From Tubiluchus corallicola (taxonomy: Eukaryota > Animalia > Priapulida), in assembly GCA_030141605.1 (NCBI GenBank), contig JAQGDQ010000169.1, positions 310,001 through 374,000 of the forward strand: DNA of 64,000 nucleotides, in the 5' to 3' direction. Shown one piece after another: positions 53,100-64,000 of the stretch. The notes under the pieces were generated by a model. The model was not told the DNA's origin. It made no database searches and worked only from the letters and a program-made list of their open reading frames with translations. Both the position numbers and the translations under genes were made by a program. Positions within the stretch are counted from its first letter, which is position 1; each line of letters starts with the position of its first letter.

Positions 53100-54978
53100 C
53101 TCGCTCTCTCTCAATCTCTCTCTCTCCATCTTTACCGTTAATCAGAATTTTTGTTATATGCTGTTTCGAAATTATTCTTGTGCTTTCTTAAAAACCTGAT
53201 GCAATAAAAATAATTCTATTTATTGGAGATGATTATGAATACTTTGCAATAAATCACATGCAGGCAATATTTATTTCAATTTCATCTTCAAGCTTTTATT
53301 TCTAGAACACACAACAATTGTCTAAAGGTCTGTACAGCTATTTTTGCACCTACTTTACTTCTTTAATTATCAAAGAGCTTTAATTTTTGACTAGAAGGGG
53401 AAAATATTATGTAGCATCAAGGTCAGATTACACAATGCTATTCCATTGTAGTCTATACATTTCTGTACAACTAATTGCTGGGCCTATTCTCTTATTATCA
53501 CATTTGATACATCAATAACTTTTCATTGACTAACACAGAGAAAGAAGGTTGACTAGGTCACTTTGTAATTATTATTACTATTATCTTCTAATAGCATCAT
53601 AATTTGTTACAATCGCACCAATTATCAGTGTTCACCTTACCAAACGGCAAAAGGTTTTACTTACAATTACGCTATTATCTAACATTATCTGTACACTATT
53701 TACATATTTCACAGCAGTCTACCATTAAATGGGATTAAGCAAGCTATTAATGCCTAAGTAGGTGAATTAGTTTCGATTTTAGACTTCGCAGTTCTTACAA
53801 GAAATTAAACATGACACTGTTAGCCTAGTGTTAGGCGATAGTACATGTGAGTTACACAGTAATTGACCTAAAAGTTTACGATGAGCGTATTTTCTCGTAA
53901 CGCTTGAATTACAAAGTTTGTTTTTGTTTTACCGAGTTTGCAATAAACACACAGAAATACCAATAATCTAGTTACATGTTTAGAGTGATAACAGATATTC
54001 AACAGTATGTTTGTACATGAAAAAATTCTCATGCGCATAGAAAATAGAGGCCGAAGCACTTTTCCAAGAAAACCAAAGCTTCCATTTACCATGAAAAAAT
54101 GGTTTCCTATGCAGATTTAATATAAGACGTTGAATATCAGTCATAACAATTCGAAATGAATGTTGCCCTATTTCTTGATAGAAAGCACAAGTTGCATTAA
54201 AGTTACTATGTCCAAAAAACCTACATTTTTTAAGTTCCACAAAAAACTGGTATCGTGTGAGAAATAAAAGATTCATTATAAAATGTTTGTTTGGAGTATG
54301 ACTGCGTTGATGATGACGACGTTGATAATGATGATGATAGTAACGACAACAATGATGTTTGCGATGAATATGATGACGATGACGAATTGATGATAGCAAC
54401 AACTGCAAATACTGTAATGATGGTAATAAAGTTCTTCTTCCGCTAATAGGCCAATAGGCCATGTTGCAGCTATCACAACATTTTTTATCAATTTAATATA
54501 CTGAGCGTTTCACTGAATCGCTTAATTTTTCACAGGTGCAATGAATTTTCTAAACTACAACTTGCTAAAAACTTATGAACAAACACTAGGTAGCTGTCGT
54601 GCTTTGAACTACTAATCGACCTAATAAATCTCGAGTTAAACTATATAACACCAGAAATACGGCCAATGAGTATACAACCATTCTACAACAATGTATACAA
54701 TCATTTTATCGATTGAATAAACGTGCTTTCCAAATACTATTTTAAACATGCGTCATATACAACCATATTGCAGACTTTTGTGTATAAACAGAAATAACAG
54801 GCTATGCATAATATTATAGGCTCAATAGAAGTCACCATTTACTATTTTAGTCGGCTATTTTGAACTGTCGTTGTTGACTAGGGGTAGCAGCTCGTATCAT
54901 GGCCGAAGCTAGTCTCGAAACGCTTCGTCCAGATGAGGCCGAATATCTATAGACTGGCTCATCAGACTGGTAGAGTGA

Positions 54979-64000
<9,022 letters not shown>

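Overview
Eukaryotic, AT-rich, intron- and microsatellite-rich invertebrate (bilaterian) DNA; no prokaryotic features. I built three spliced genes by hand from splice sites and reading-frame phase. (1) + strand 8783-42786, 36 coding exons, about 2747 aa: a giant GRL101-like (LGR type C) GPCR. Domain order: signal peptide, Caspr-type fibrinogen-like, CUB, CUB, F-type lectin interrupted by an ApeC domain, discoidin/F5-8C, CUB, CUB, C-type lectin, 4 LDLa, second Caspr-type fibrinogen-like, 3 LDLa, LRRNT, 7 LRR, hinge, 7TM, a degenerate kinase-like C-lobe, and a DSRL terminus. (2) + strand 45173-52781, 9 exons, about 639 aa: a cuticlin-like ZP-domain transmembrane protein. (3) - strand from beyond 64000 to 54979: a vesicular monoamine transporter (SLC18A/VMAT) with a tandemly duplicated, apparently mutually exclusive 59-nt exon and a candidate second C-terminus. 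Most long entries in the ORF track are microsatellite artefacts. Domain calls rest on motif recognition, not database searches.
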